63,139 nucleotides of DNA from Acanthaster planci (lineage: Eukaryota). The notes beneath the pieces are model-generated. The model was not told the DNA's origin. It saw nothing but the letters and a program-made list of their open reading frames with translations, and did no database searches. Positions within the stretch are counted from its first letter, which is position 1; each line of letters opens with the position of its first letter. A program made the translations under genes and the position numbers. Positions 11,280 through 25,749 of the stretch are shown here, piece by piece. The DNA lies in NCBI RefSeq assembly GCF_001949145.1, contig NW_019091357.1, forward strand, positions 686,671 through 749,809, given 5' to 3'.

Positions 11280-14200
11280 TCATCCTAAGGCGACACCAGC
11301 AGCGTTCAGGTAGATCTGCAGACAGTTGGCTACCTTCTCATCGAGGCCTGTCTTGATGAGTTCTATCAGCTACACGAAGGAAAAAGAGAGAAAGGACTCA
11401 AGACAAGAATTTTATGAATTACCCGAATTATAGATTCTGAAACACTTCCTCGGTTATTCACTCTTCCCCGAAATGTACACGAATAAGCCTAGATGTCATC
11501 AATATCCTGACAAAATCAACTCTTTCCTTTTGTTTCTGAATGAAGCATTTTATCATATTCTGATAATTTCAGATGTTAAAAGTGAACCAAGTTTTCCTAA
11601 GTAAGACTATTTCCAAAGTATGATGAAAATTTACAAATCCATTTGAAAATCTGAAAACAAATTTCTCAAGAGCCTTAAACAGGGTCATTAAATTAGGTAC
11701 CCCTCCCTAAAGTTACTTCCCCTGAATTTTTTGCATCCAAATTTTTTATCTCAATGAGGCAAGTAAAAGGTACTGGATAGGCGTCTTACCTCTGGATGTG
11801 CAGTGCAAACATTTTTCAACCTTTGAGCTAGGTAAATCTTGGCGTCTGGTACCGCTCCCTTGAATGGATCCGTCTCGTGCTTCCCAGCAAAGGCTAGCTG
11901 AGAGTAGGCAGTCTGGTACCCTGGGGTATCCTCAATCTCAATGAAGTGCTCGTCATCCGGAAGACTGTCATCTTCCGGTAATTCAAAGAGGTGGACCAAA
12001 GCTTGAAGAAGGGTGATCCTGAAGGGGAGGGGGGGGGAATACATCAAGGCAAAGCCATGCAAATGTTGCATATAAATTACAAGTACTGACGATGCTCAAC
12101 GGATACCTTATGTCAGATTGGTTGAGTCTTACAAACACTCGTTAGCGACTTGAAGAACCAGAACATTTTATGTCGAAAAACTGAATCAGCTCTCTTTAGT
12201 GCGACTTTGTTTAGGTTCAACACAAGCCTCATTAAGCCATGCGGAAAACGAGTGGAATTTGAGTTAATCTTACTTTACCTAACGTCAACACAATTCCAGC
12301 AAGGCAATAATAAGTATCCACGTAAGGTATTGTAACAGCCATCCATTCAGCTAGCCAAGGAATCCAGTAACTGGTTGGTGTTACCAACCAGCCAACCATG
12401 TCAGCCAATCAGCCCAGTGAATCTACTCACCAATATGACCGTAGCGTAGGTTCCAACATAGCTGGACATTCCGTCAACATCTTTGTGATTCCTACGGCAC
12501 AGATCTTTCTCTCCATCACACCAGACACTTTCTGCACCTCAGGAATGTACAACTTCTCCAGCACCCTCTCAAACATTCTAAGACAAACCAACAGACAAAC
12601 AAATGAACCATTTTATTCACCAAGCTCAACAATCAACAATGCAAGACCAGTAGCCTCTAGAGCATTTCAAATCACCGAAAATGAACAAGTGATATTTAAA
12701 ACAATTACATTATTTCCAGTGAAAAAAAATCTACATTTTGATACAAATTGATTGTCTTTATCAACAGTGAGAAACTTTGCATTTTGAGTAATCACTCCAA
12801 CATTTGGAAACCTCAAAACTAGTTGAAATCACAGTCCAGGAGCACTGTTCGCCATTTTGATCTGGTTTTGCGATTAAGATTTTTCAACATGAACAGATAC
12901 ATGAAGATATGCATAATTACTTCAATGCTTCCGAATGACATTTTTTATTTTGCTGGCAGGGAAATCATTTCAAACACAGCAACTTACTTGGCTTGTATTT
13001 CTTCCACTACGTGGATAAGAGAATCGGCGCCATGCTTGACAGCGAAGAGACTAAAGAAGACAAGAAGGCCTAGATAGCAAAAGGAAGAAAGCAGGGCAGC
13101 CTCAGCCAACTAGATCTAAGACGTTAACAGTCTCACACAAAAGTCTCTAATGAGCATTTTACAATTTAACCTCATATTATGAAAACCGACAAACCAAAAG
13201 CAAACACAACAAAAACCAGCCAACTTGAACATCTATCAAATCTAGAATTTCCACGTCTTTTTTTAAGCAGCATGTCTTGAGTTTGTCAAACCCCACAACT
13301 TGATTTGATTGAAATGGTTATTTCTTCAATGCCTTCATGCCTGGGCTTACTTTTGACAAACTTGGTGGTCTTGGAGTGAGAAAGTCTCTGGAACAATAGA
13401 AGGAAGATTTTCTGGATGTGTTCTGACAACGCCGTCCTGTTTTCCAAAAAAAAAAAGGAAAAATGCTTTTTCTGGAAAAAGGGTTCAATTCAATAGAAAT
13501 GCTTGACGCTCTGATGTCAGATGGCTGAGTAAAATTCACTAGAAATGCTTGACGCTCACTGAGGTAAGACGGCTGAGTAAACTTCACTAGAAATGCTTGA
13601 TGCTCACTGATGTAAGACGGCTGAGTAAAATTCACTAGAAATGCTTGACGCTCTCTGATGTAAGATGGCCGAGTCCAAATATTGTACGGGAGTGGAACTC
13701 AGACCAGCACAATCAATTTCAACCTGCTTTATCTTTGTTAAACATCCTTATTTTGTAACCTGATATCTAACCTGATTATCTGCCAGTAATCCGATTATCT
13801 AACCTGGTTATCTACTAGTAACCTGGTTATTGCATCTTGTCCAGTCACACAAAATAACATCCAGAATTTAAAAGAGAAGAAGTGTATCAACATTACTGAC
13901 TCAGCGGGGAAGGGGGGTGGCCTTGTGAATTGTGATTTTCAGCATTCTGAAGTTGAATTTCTTGGTTTTTTGGGGTGAGGGTGGATTAGGTTGACTCAGG
14001 ATTGAGGTGTAACCTACGCATCCAAGTGTTCCAGTAGGCTCAGCATGATGTAGAATCCTTGATGATCATTGGCCTTGGAGGCAATCAACTTCTGGAACAC
14101 GCCCAAGAGAGCAAGCTGCGAAAAACAAGATCACGATTTCATTTTGGTTATTTCTCAACGGCTTGCTGAAGATATCATGTAACTGGGTAATTCCAGACAT

Positions 14201-17200
14201 TAGGGGTCCATTTTTTTCCGTGTCCCTGTCACATCTGACATATGATTATGTAACTTCAGAACACATTTTCGAATTTCCAAGAGTGATGAATGAATGCAAA
14301 TTAAATGTACTTGCCAAACAAATAGTAATAGTTTGAAATCAATTATGGTAATATTTCCATGTCAAATAACAAAGGTCAGATGTAACAGAGACACCAAAAA
14401 TGTCAGACTTTTGGACCCCTAATTTCTGGAATTACCCAATTGTATCCAGACTCTTCATAAAGGGGCTGTTCAAAGTCTACACACCACTGATATTGCTGCT
14501 ATTAACGCTGCAACTTCTCTGATTTTGGCTGCAGCAACTGCTGCCGTTGATGAAGTTTTCTGAACTGCTGCTTTGAGTCTTCATGCTGATGCTGTTCATT
14601 CTGCCCTACTTACTGCTGCTCTGACTGCTCTCTGGTCTACTGCCAGGACTGTTGCTGTACCTAGCATGACTGCCAATGCCATTGCAGTGGTTGTTGTTGC
14701 AACTCTGCCGTCGCTGCTGCCTCTCAACCTGCTGCTGCCAGTACTAGTTATAGTTAGAGACAATCTGAAGAAACCGTCTTCAAGAACCCTCTCAGACTCA
14801 CCACTTTGCCCTCTTTGACGATGGAGTCAGCACCCTTCTCGATGTAAGCTTGGATGAGACGGACCAAGGGTGGGATGTTACCAAGTTTCTCCCATAAGAC
14901 GGGCATAAGAAGGTGAGGGAAGAGGGTCATGTATGCCTCGGGGCAGTCTGTATGCATCTCTAGCATCAAAGACATGATCTGAAACACGTAGGGGATAAAC
15001 TCTACGCAGAAGGGGAAACAGAAAGATCAGAAAATGAGATTTGGAAACTGGCGTCTGGCAAAAGAAACAGCACGACTGTCTCTGGTTTAGTCAAACTGAG
15101 TGATAAGAGTTGAAACTGTGACCTGAAATGAGCTTACCTGCGATGTCTGCAGTGAGTATTTCTTGAAATGGTGGGAACAGACACATCTCAAAGATGGAGA
15201 CATTGGATGCGTCGGCTTGGCAACCGCATCGAACTGAGAGACTGATGGCCTCAAACAGGTAGTGGTTGAAGTGAGGTTTGCTTGGATTCTGAGTAAGGTT
15301 AAGAGATGTTGGTTTGGGATTTGGATTACACGCCAAATACAATGTGACTAGCAATTCGCAAGGCCAGAGAACTTTAAAATGCTGTTTGTGGGGCCATGAA
15401 TGTTCGTTATTACTCCTGCTGGTTGGTTTTATAAATCAACTCTTCCACTAAAGGTAGTCGTAGAAATGGACAAACTTTAAGTACTCTTCAAACTGCCCAT
15501 GTTAGCTCGCCATGGATTAAAGCTCCTAGATTTCTACAAATTCTGCTTTTAGCCAAACAAACATTTGACTTAGGAGGGATTCAGACCTTGAACCTCTAGA
15601 ATACTGTGTAAGTTGTGCAACCAAAAGATTCACCCAGCCCTGTCCTTGTCTCTAAACTTGAGTAGTGATGGCTGATCCAGCTGACGGAGTGACAACATAG
15701 TATGCTGGAGGTCACGGGTTTCTAACAACCCCTTTATCAGGGATCAGTCTGACTGTTTTACTTGGGTGCGCCGACTGGATAAGGATCTTCTTACCTTGCT
15801 GACAAGGATGAGTTTATCGGTCAGTTTAGTAACAATGACCTGCAGGTAAGGGACAGCTTCTGCTTTCAGCATGACCAGGGATCTCATGATAGCTGCAAGA
15901 CAGACAAACACCAACCAAGGAAAACAGAAATCCTCCAATATGAGTTGCCATGCATCTTGACTGTCAATAAATGCATTGCAAGTTACAAGATTACAATTAC
16001 AAGTTGTCCCCCCTCTCCTGTTTTGAAACCTCATCTTTTCTTTCAAGTTAACTCCTTGACGGTCCCACACCTTTCATAATGTACTCGTTCTCTTCTGATC
16101 CAGAGATCTCCATCGCAGCAAAGAGGTTTGTGAGTAAGGTCTCGATGTGTGGCTTGACAGACTCTACTGAGATGCTGGGACCAGAAAAGAGAAACGTGAG
16201 TTGGTATAAGGCGAGTATGAGGGTTAGATTGATAAATGATTACACGGTGATTGCCTCCAGGCACAAACATACTAAATTTTTATTCTGATCCCCACTCTGT
16301 TTACGTTTTGCATTAATTTGCTAAAAGAGTTTCAGTTTATGTCGTTTTAAATCAAAGTCAGGGCATAATGGAAGACCACTGTATGGAATAAGTTACATCC
16401 TGGATAAATATAAGAAATAAATAAATAAGAAATGTATTTGTTTCCCTCATCACTGAGGGCTGCAAGTTAATTCCTAAACAGATGTTTGTTTTTTGAGAAC
16501 TACATTAGAACAAATTCTGGGGATATTTGCCGTCATTAAATACAACTGAATGACTGTAAAATTTTGAGGAAGTAGGGTGCTCTATTCAGCATGGTGGAAT
16601 CTTCCTTCCACAGAACTTCTTTAAGTTGACAATCTTCCGCAGCAATTCTACAATTCTACAAACTTTCCGCTCAACTTTCCTAATTCCAATCCCATCAGTG
16701 GTTTCACTCACGCTCCTTGTCCGTTGGCAAGTTTGACAGTGAAGAGTCTCTCAATGGCGTGCGCTGCATAGGTGTGGACCACAGTGCTCTCCGCCCGCAA
16801 CAGGTGTATGAGACAAGGGAGGGCGGCAGACAAGACCTCAGGGGGGATGACTTGACGGAAGGCCATCACATACTTGATAGCGTCTGCCTTGAGAACTGGG
16901 AACTCATCAACTAGTTGAAGAAAACAGAAACATCAATTTGGACACCTTTGGACTGGAGCAACAAAATAAAACTCTTGCATCAACCAGCTGAAAAAATGTT
17001 AGATAAAATCAAGGTTTCGGCCGGAAAGTTGATTGAATATGTTTTGGACACCTTGTAAGAGTTACTTTGGACTTACTGTTACTTTTTTGAGAATAATAAA
17101 GAAGCAGCAACTTGGACGACGTGAATTTAAAAGTCCACCGCCAACACGGGACATCCAATTTTCAAATGCTGTTTAAAACCCTGGTTAGTTCAAAGCCAAA

Positions 17201-20200
17201 TGCTTGTGTGGATGGACTAAATTTGCAAGGTGAACTGACGCAGAGAACGTGAATGATGACCCTAAGAAAGTTAAGAGCACGGGACGTACCATTTTGTGAC
17301 TGAAGGTCTCCAGCGATGTGGGCAGTGAAGAAATCATTAATGTTGACAAGTTCTCTAACCTCTGTTGTACCATGCTGGGAAGTGGGAGAGGAGAATAACA
17401 AGACATTGACTTCACCTCACCATGAAACAAGGTATCGAGGAAGACATTAGAACGTGGTGCTGTAGTTAAGGTCAAGTGTAGTGCTTGTATCAAAGTTTAG
17501 AGACAAGTCACAACATCCAACCAGTTTTTTTCTCCCAGCTGCAGATCTAAGTGAGCTTTGTGTTCATCCCTTTTGCCTTCACCTACTACTTGAATTGGTA
17601 CTCCATTAAAGCATTCTGACCTAACACAGGGGGAGGCAGGTGTACGAGGCTGGGAGTCTTTGAGTTACCTTCTGCGTCTTGGATTTAGAGGCAAGCGATG
17701 TCACCAAGTAAATGGCTGCATCTTTACTCTTCCAATTTACTGATGGATTGGAAGCATAGAGCTGTGAGAAATAAAAAGGAAGTACGATGGAATCAGATTA
17801 AAGAGCCACCTTGTCACACTGATTCATCAGTTCAGGGACCAACTCTTATCAAAGCACTACTTCCTCTACCAGGGACGGATGAATTGATGGTCTTACCAGG
17901 GTCTTAGAATTAAAAACAGGCCTTTTCAGCTTGCACCCGATTTTCTCTTCGGCTTCAGAAGCATTTCCTTCAATTTTTTTTTTTCACAGCTGTAGGAGAG
18001 TAGCTTGAAAAAGTAAAAAGCTGGATATTTACTGAGACTCAATGAATGACTACCTGAAGCATGGTGGTGACATAACTTGAAAAAATCTGAGTGACAGTCG
18101 CTTCAAAGAATTTACAGAGAGACCTGACGAGATCGCAGGCAGCACGACGTCTCGTGTCAATATCTGAAAAGATAAAGAGTGCATTTGCACCACTGGTATG
18201 CATCGTCAGATTTTCAAAGAAGTATACCATTTGTCATTTACACAACTATATAAATCTGTCCTGGATTATCATATTCCGGCTTTTTAGCACAGTGGAACTA
18301 AGAAATCAACCAAGTTATTTCTAAAAATCTTGTCTTATTTCAGAGCAGTTTTCTATGCAAATATCACAAGCAACATTTGGAACAAAAATACTTTTATTTC
18401 GGTCAGTTAGACAGAATTCTTTAGACGACATTATGGCTTGAACAGCAACCTACCTGAGCCTTCAATATCTCTACGGATATACTCCTCTGGGTTAAACTCA
18501 AACAGTTCTTCATCAGATGCTGATAGAGAAATGAAGTTAAGTTTTGATTTCAATATAATAGTGCCAACTGTATACACGTGATTACCAAAAGTGTTCTCCG
18601 ATTTATACGAGTACTGATTACACATTAACAGCTGTGTCTGTAGGCCTATTTATTAAGTACATGTAGACCTAAATCTAAGGGTTAGTTTTGGTGAAACCAT
18701 TTGTCTGCGACTGGTCAATTATGAATGGTACCCAGGATATTTTTTGTGTAAAGGATACCAGGGAAAATTGACCAGTGGTTTGACAGATGGTTGTGCTAGA
18801 CCCTGCTCTCTGTCTTTGCAATTAACTAGGTATGTGCTACGAATAAACGAGTCACAACTCCAGAAGCCTACATCAGGCACATTGAAACTGGATTTTTTTT
18901 ACCAAGTTACTTGAGACTTTTCAGGACAAATCTCTGTGATCTGTGACCCTGACTCAGACTTTGTGGATCAGGACTTCCATACAGATTAGACTACACAGAC
19001 TTCAGGACAATGTAGTGGAATTCCAATCAATTAGCACAATTTACCTCTAAACTCCATGTTAGGTACAATGACCTTCTCACAGATGCTAGTTAACACCGCA
19101 GGGTCATCAAAAAGATTCTTGTAGTGATCGCGGTTCGCAACCGATGCCAGGAACTGGATAGCATTGCTCACCAACTGAACACAGACAAAACGATGTCAGA
19201 TTCAGGAAAACAAAGTCTTTACAAGTTGTCTTCAGAGGACAGGAAAAAAAGCTACATTGAGCAAGATGCACCTGCAGTTCATGACCATTAACAATGTACT
19301 CAGTGGTTACGGAAAGAATGGATAACAGAAATGTACGTGCTAAGTCTACATGTTAGCTGTTTAGCGGGTTCTGATTCAAGCTTGATGTAGACAAAATAAG
19401 TGACACTAAAATCCAGCGAGGGAGCTGTTGACATTTTATAAACATTCATTTAGAGAGGCGTCTTCAATTTAAGTTCCCATCTCATTCCGGACTTAACTGT
19501 TTAAGATACTCAAAATGTAAAATAACTGAACAGTGCAGCAAGATAAAGAGATTGGCCAGCAGATAGCCAGGCAAGGTTAGCAGTAGAGCAACAAATGCAA
19601 TCATTTTAGGGTTCAGGGGTTGGAATCCAACTCACCAGATCATATTTGACTTGGTTGTTTGTACTGACCAGCAGATGCCAGACAGCTGTGACAAAGTTCG
19701 GCAGGAAGGGACCGAATTCCTCGTCGTATTTCTGAGCATAGAGGGAGATGTTGTCACAGATTTGTGATTTGAGTCGCTCTAATGTCCCCGCCTCTTCCTC
19801 ATCCTACATGATGCAGTGAAGAACAAAAACAACCAAAGAAGAGTACATCACAAGCAAGTGGGAAAAAATCTCTCAGTTCACAACTTACGCCAGGTATTAT
19901 TCATCACTGAAAAGTGTGGCAGACATTTTTTTTCTCTCAGAAAATCGGCACTATGTTGAAAAGGGATGGGTTTCACGACATTTTGGCACATTTTCCCCAA
20001 TATTTTCAGACATTCTCCAGAAACATCTAACCACTGTGAGCATTCCCCAAGGTGTTAAGGTAAAATACAAACCCAAGGTACCAGGTACAAGGAACCCCGG
20101 AGGCAAGTGGTTTAGGTGAATTACAATGGCTACTTTGAGAAGAGGAGGCTGACGGAGGTTCACTGGGCACAGACAAACCTTGGTGTGAAGGACAGGTACA

Positions 20201-23200
20201 TCTTCACTGAGCAGCTTGAGAAAGTTACTCATCCATGTCTTCATGTTGTCCTCAAAATACTCCGGAAGATCCTGGGTTGAGAACAGGTGGAGATTAGACA
20301 CATCAAAAAATGACGCATAGGAGACAGAGAGCCATAATCATGGCAGATTTACAGATGATTGTCTGGAAAGGAACTCATCGGTTAATTCCTTTTACAATGG
20401 GTTGTACGTCGGCCAAGGGATCACGGTGCATTTGGCAGCTTTTATTTGTCCTCTGAGGTTCTCCTTGACAGGAACTGTTGGTGATCCATTAGGGCTGTGC
20501 CGTATATCCAAATATTTGATTGATTATCGAATATTCAAACATTATTTTCTAAATTTGAACAGTCGAATGCAAAATTTATAAAAAGGAATTTCTTTTGTTT
20601 TCAATGAGAAAAGTTGCACTATGGAGGCTTGTTTCAAGCAGACTCAAATGAAAAGTGACAGAAATCTCAGAATTCAAAAAGTAAATTATTCACTAAAAAA
20701 TCTAAAAGGAATAGAAATTTTCAACATGGCGAGAAGTATTTTGCTAAATCATGGATGGAGATACCCCTACACGTGAGAAGATATAACAGTGATTATAATG
20801 TACAATTGCGGGTTATTGCAACTGATTTTGTATATGGTTCGTTCATCAACAATTTACTGGTAAGTACGACCGAATATCCATATATTCGATCAAATTGAAG
20901 GTCAAATTTTCAAATAGTTGATTATTCAAATTGACTCAGCCCGATGATCCTTCGGACAGCAGGTTCAAACTTAGCAGAGAGCTTGTGACATTCATAATGA
21001 CAAATTCTGTTGTAACTGTCTCCAACCCCATACCCTCACCCCTAAGAGAAAGTTAAAGCTTTCTGGCCTGTAATCTAACCCAATTACAGGATTATGTTTC
21101 AGCAGAGGGCACTGGTATTGACACCCACCTGACAGTTGAGACTGTAGAACACCTTACACATCAACACCAAAGCTTCATACTTCATTTTGACATCACCATT
21201 AGTCCCTTGAATCGTTTTCTGAAATCAATCAGACGACAAAAAGCTCACAGAACAGAAATTATCAAAAAATCTAACCACCAAACGCACTAAGCAATATTTT
21301 TGGCTCATTGGCTCTCCAAAATCGAGGCCAAAGAAGCTAGAAACAGCAAATGAATTGCAGTTTGACTTACCTCAAAACGTTTGGTGAGAGGTTCAGCTAG
21401 TGTATCCAGGACCATCTTGATCTCCGTCCATAATTCCTGCGACTTGAATTCATGCCGATACCTGCAATAGAATTCAAGTCATCAAATCAGGCTTTGATAA
21501 AATACGCCGTGTCTGAATCAAATGGCTGTAGCTTACATTAACACACCTGTCTGTAGCAGATAGTTGTAGCCACTAGCTTCCACAGATGCACATCCTTATT
21601 CTCCTGCGGCAACCCAAGCTTTAAGACAAAGCCTGGATCTTACAACATTATCAACACAACCCGATTACTGCTTCAACTTGTACAAGGTTAAAATTCCATC
21701 AAGTTATTAGCTTCTGACCAACATCCCCACGAGCAAAGATATTGACAAACTGTAGAGCCACCAACGTAGGACTGGATAGCTGAGTTGGTAAAGCACCGGT
21801 ATGGTATTAAGGAGCTCGTAGGTTAAAATCTGGCTTAAGTCAATTTCTTTGTTCATCTTTATAATCTTTATAGTGGTAAGCACTCTGCTGTGATAAGGCG
21901 TTATTCACTTCCTTGAACTTTTCTGAAGAAGAAAATGCAATGTTTGCATTTCAGTCTTTCTCAGGTACAGAAATTTCATATTTTTCAACTTCAAATCAGA
22001 CATAAAATCAGTATTAACCCTAACAGTCCCCAGTCCTCCAACAGGTGAAGGATTGAGGACTGTTAGGGTTCAGACAGTAGAACACACCCTAGGTATGCTT
22101 CCCCCACCTTTTAAAGAGAGAGTGTGCTGTTCTTAAGATGCCATTAACGGTGTTGAAATCTTCACTCTCCAACTTGGATTTCATTTCTTCCAGCAACTTG
22201 GGCCAGCGATGAGGGAAATCCTCTCTTCCGATTATACCAATTGCTTCACTTAACTGAAGAAAAGCAAGTTGTAATGAAATGTGTATCACATCTTTCTTGT
22301 CTCTTCCAGAACTGTAGTTGAGTTTCCAAGAGTCTTTTACAAGGGCTGTTTACGGGTCTAATCAGAAGTAACACAATAGAAATATGACAAAGGAATGCTT
22401 TGAAGTTAGTCAGTGTCTTTGAATAATTAACTTGTGACTTGGCTGAAGACTAGACGACTTGTTGTGGCCTTGCAGCCGCCTTCTAGGGATTTATGATGGA
22501 CTCTACAGCTAAGCCTCTAGCCGGTAACAGGTCAAATGAAGAGTAAGTAAACTACATCCAACTCAACTGGCTGAGGCTTGGAGAAACATACGAAATACAT
22601 AGACAAGATTGACGCTGTTTGGTGCAGGGCTGCAGGTGTTATCACTCAAGATTAGAGTAGGACAAGCTCTGTCTTAGCCATGCTAAACTGCCTAAGGTTA
22701 CGACTCCTACAGCGCAGAAGACAGTACACCAGCTTAGTGATGTTCCATAAAATCATGCATCCTAAAGTTGATGTGGACATTGGAGATTACCTTAGTCTAC
22801 AAGAACCCCCTTCCTCACCCAAACAAATGACCATCCGGCGTTGCAAACTAAACCAATAAGTCATACCATAATCAACATCGCAATCCCATCTTCATTCCTC
22901 TTCCCCAAGAAGGCAAGAGAATGGAACAAGTTGCCAGAACAGATCCCTTCAAGAGGCAATATAGGAGATATTAAAACTACGTTGCAAAGTTATCTGCAGT
23001 TGGAACAAGCAACCTCCTCCAGTACTGTTTTGAGTGATGTTCAAGTTGAGCTTTTCAGAGTATTTCACCAGATCCAGAGTATCTACAGGACAAGGCAGCC
23101 AGAAACTACTGACTTCCACAGGTAATACATTATCTCCAGCAGTAGCCACAAATTTAAAAAAATAGCCACAGACGTCTAAGTAATGACCCCTTATGCAGGA

Positions 23201-24441
23201 AGATAATGCCCTACAATGATGCTATTAACCACTCACCTGTCTCTGAAGGCTTTCGGGCATATTGAGCATCAGCTCGACGATCTTGTCTTTGACCAAAGTT
23301 CTGTCTGCATCAATGATCTTGTTGGGCTCATCCTCAATCTACAACAGTTCAAAATGAAAAAGAAAAAAAGAGGAAGTGTTAAGTTGAAAGGCCCTATTGA
23401 GAGTATTCCAAGTATGCAAGGCCAGCAGACCTTCAGTGTATTTTGATAATGTGAGGAATCTTTGAATGTTTTCTTGTCCTAAACGTTACAGCACCTAACA
23501 GGATGGGTTTGCCCACAAGTCCAATGCTGGGTAAAACAGAGATTGAAAATTTTGTGCTGGGAATTGCTGTGTGCTTTTTGACTGACCACTCTCCAATTGC
23601 GCCGCACAAAGTTCTTGAACGTGATGGCGGCGGATGCTCGGATGTCGCTGTCCATCTCATTTTTACTGAGCAACTCCAGAAGAAAGATGGAGTAATTTGC
23701 CCGTGCCTCGACTGACTCCAGATAAGATTCGGCTAAGGGATGAAAAATGAAGCAAAAAGACAAATACAAATAGTTTCATTCTGCACTTAAACCAGATCCA
23801 TGTTCAAGGCACTTAACACTGACCTTCAACCTTAAGAATTCTTGCTAAGAACCTTTCCCAGTGTAGTTATCAGACAACAGCTTTGTACTTAACCTTTCAA
23901 GGGGTTTTCAAATTACAAGGACTACTTTTAAAATGTAAGCAGCCCTTCCTTCCTCAATCCTACAAAACCCTCAAAAACCTCAGGAGAATTTTTGAAAATC
24001 TCAAAAAATAAGGATGAACGGTTAAGCGAAAAATGGGATTTATAAGCTTGGTAATGTTGTGAAAGTTTGACCAAGACACACACATCTTATTTAAATAACA
24101 GAGATTTCAAAGTTCAGAGAAACAAGGGTTTTCATACATTGTAGTTTGTGCCTGCATACCTGTTATGATACTAGTCAAATTCTATCTGTCCTGACCATTC
24201 ACAGTACAGTCTTCAGTTGCATGCATCAACTCTCACACAAACTATACATTGTTTACAAGATCTATCCCATACTTCCAGTTCAAAGTCCTTTGTTGTGCAG
24301 TTTAAGGCATGGAGGATGGAAGGGGGGGTCCAGCAAAGATTCCTAAATGATCTAACCTGCTCGTCTTTCTGTCACATTGACTGACAGCGTCTTTTGTAAG
24401 GAGCTGGCGATGGCATGTAGATCCTGCTGGGTGAGTTCCAT
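11280..24441 (-). CDS. CSE1L: Exportin-2 / CAS (importin-alpha re-exporter), complete CDS, 962 aa
   Basis: 24 phase-consistent exons (2889 nt): 24357-24441, 23587-23732, 23237-23338, 22108-22253, 21371-21461, 21129-21218, 20179-20271, 19636-19803, 19045-19174, 18454-18519, 18054-18163, 17669-17761, 17290-17374, 16712-16910, 16071-16174, 15795-15892, 15138-15288, 14802-15001, 14018-14115, 13351-13436, 12988-13069, 12431-12577, 11790-12018, 11280-11369. Diagnostic motifs: [103 protein letters not shown]. Confidence 0.98.
13494..13674 (+). repeat. 46-48-bp minisatellite, ~4 copies
   Basis: Unit TAGAAATGCTTGACGCTCACTGATGTAAGACGGCTGAGTAAAATTCAC starting at 13494, 13540, 13588 and 13636. Confidence 0.9.
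14184..14438. mobile_element. MITE with long terminal inverted repeats
   Basis: TGGGTAATTCCAGACATTAGGGGTCCA ... TGGACCCCTAATTTCTGGAATTACCCA, plus an inner inverted pair CACATCTGAC / GTCAGATGTA. Confidence 0.85.
14490..14745 (+). repeat. Degenerate (CTG/GCT)n low-complexity tract
   Basis: Repeated GCTGCT/ACTGCT triplets inside a CSE1L intron. Confidence 0.6.
20490..20944. mobile_element. Non-autonomous hAT-like element
   Basis: Ends TAGGGCTG...CAGCCCGA; 8-bp TSD TGATCCAT/TGATCCTT; subterminal CGAATATTC-type repeats. Confidence 0.8.
21768..21870 (+). mobile_element. tRNA-derived SINE
   Basis: A box TAGCTGAGTTGG, degenerate B box GGTTAAAATC, then CAATTTCTTTGTTCATCTTTATAAT as at 2135-2235. Confidence 0.65.
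22585..22990 (+). mobile_element. Decayed CR1/L2-like LINE ORF2 3' end
   Basis: Translates [47 protein letters not shown]...[15 protein letters not shown], resembling the C-terminal VQRRAAR..SVT.ML..FFPRT..WN.LP pattern of CR1-group ORF2; contains stops and frameshifts. Confidence 0.75.
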
Positions 24442-25370
24442 TTCTGGAAATTCTGGAAAACAAGTTCAACATAGAATTTCTTCAAAGAATTCAAACCGTT
24501 TTACTGATGTACTAGCAACCTTGCATGGACAACTACATAGAATAGAAAAACATTCAGTTTTGTCAAAACAAAAATAGGACATGTTGGAAGACAAGAATTA
24601 TCACGATTTTATAAACAGAATATTAAGAGCTTTCTAACTAAGACTGCTCACAACTAACATCGTACTGTGACACACGCATGATGCTAAGTTAGGTGAAAGT
24701 TATTAACCACGTCAAACCATGGATGACAAACAAATGAGGAATCCTGACAATCCTTTGTCACCTGCATGTTTATCCTTTGCAACTCCTAAGTTCATTTGAT
24801 TTAGTCAATTCTGACTGCACTGGGATGAAACATGATTGATGAGTACTCTTGTTGATTATCAGCACCTACTATTGGTAAGCCCAACTCACTGGGTTGTCAT
24901 TGGTCCAATTAACTTGGACGCTACGAATTGCATAGGACATAGTATTAGTAGACCTTAGTAGGCTCGCAGTGCAAATGACACGACCATGACAACTGATGAC
25001 TTGTTACTTTAACATAGGCCTATTTAAGTTAACATGTTGAAAATATTTTTTGGGAAAGAGTTCTACATACGGACAACACCTGATGCCCCGGTGCACAAAC
25101 CTATGAAGTATGAGACTTGTCTGAAAAAACTAAAGTGTTTTCTAAGTAGCCTAGGGTGCTTTGGAATTTTCTTAGCTAAATTTCACTTTTTATGAAATGC
25201 TATCACTTTCTGATGGTTGTTCTAACATTTTAAGTGAAAATTAGTGTTGTCTGTATATGGAACTAACCTTATAGGCCTAGGCCCAACATTAGTTCAACAT
25301 TTTACTTAGGCTAATGTGGCCTACCATGCCTAGGTAGTAGGTTACACGACATTAATTTATATTGGCCCAA

Positions 25371-25501
25371 ATAAGCCTTATTGCAAATACTGCATGGGTG
25401 ATTTTGCACAACGGTAGAAAGGCATTGTGGGGAAGAAAAAGGGGCAATGCCTTTCTATCACTGTGTAAAAACTCCCATGCAGTATTTGCGATAAGGCTTA
25501 T
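25371..25501. mobile_element. Hairpin MITE
   Basis: ATAAGCCTTATTGCAAATACTGCATGGG..TAGAAAGGCATTG / CAATGCCTTTCTA..CCCATGCAGTATTTGCGATAAGGCTTAT; about 55-bp inverted arms. Confidence 0.85.
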
Positions 25502-25749
25502 GAACAAGTGGTGACTAGTCTTACATGTCTCACTTAGTCTACCACAGCACTATGGCATTACCATGACATGCATGATAACTGTGTAGGTCTAGGCCCTAAG
25601 CATGCTAAGTCACTTCAACAATGTCTTTCATCATTCATGTCCTTCAGGATAGTTATGTTAGGAAAGAATTTTTATAGGGGCCTAGGGCCCTATAGCATGT
25701 ATAGCCTGGGCACTCTCTCTATTCACACATGTATGTAGCCTATGCAATA

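Noticed and set aside
14573..14818. Hydrophobic Ala/Val-rich ORF
   Set aside because: Translation of a CTG-rich low-complexity intronic tract.
16355..16457. Intronic C/D-box snoRNA on the - strand (GTGATGA...CTGA)
   Set aside because: AT-rich low-complexity interior, weak terminal stem and no convincing rRNA guide.
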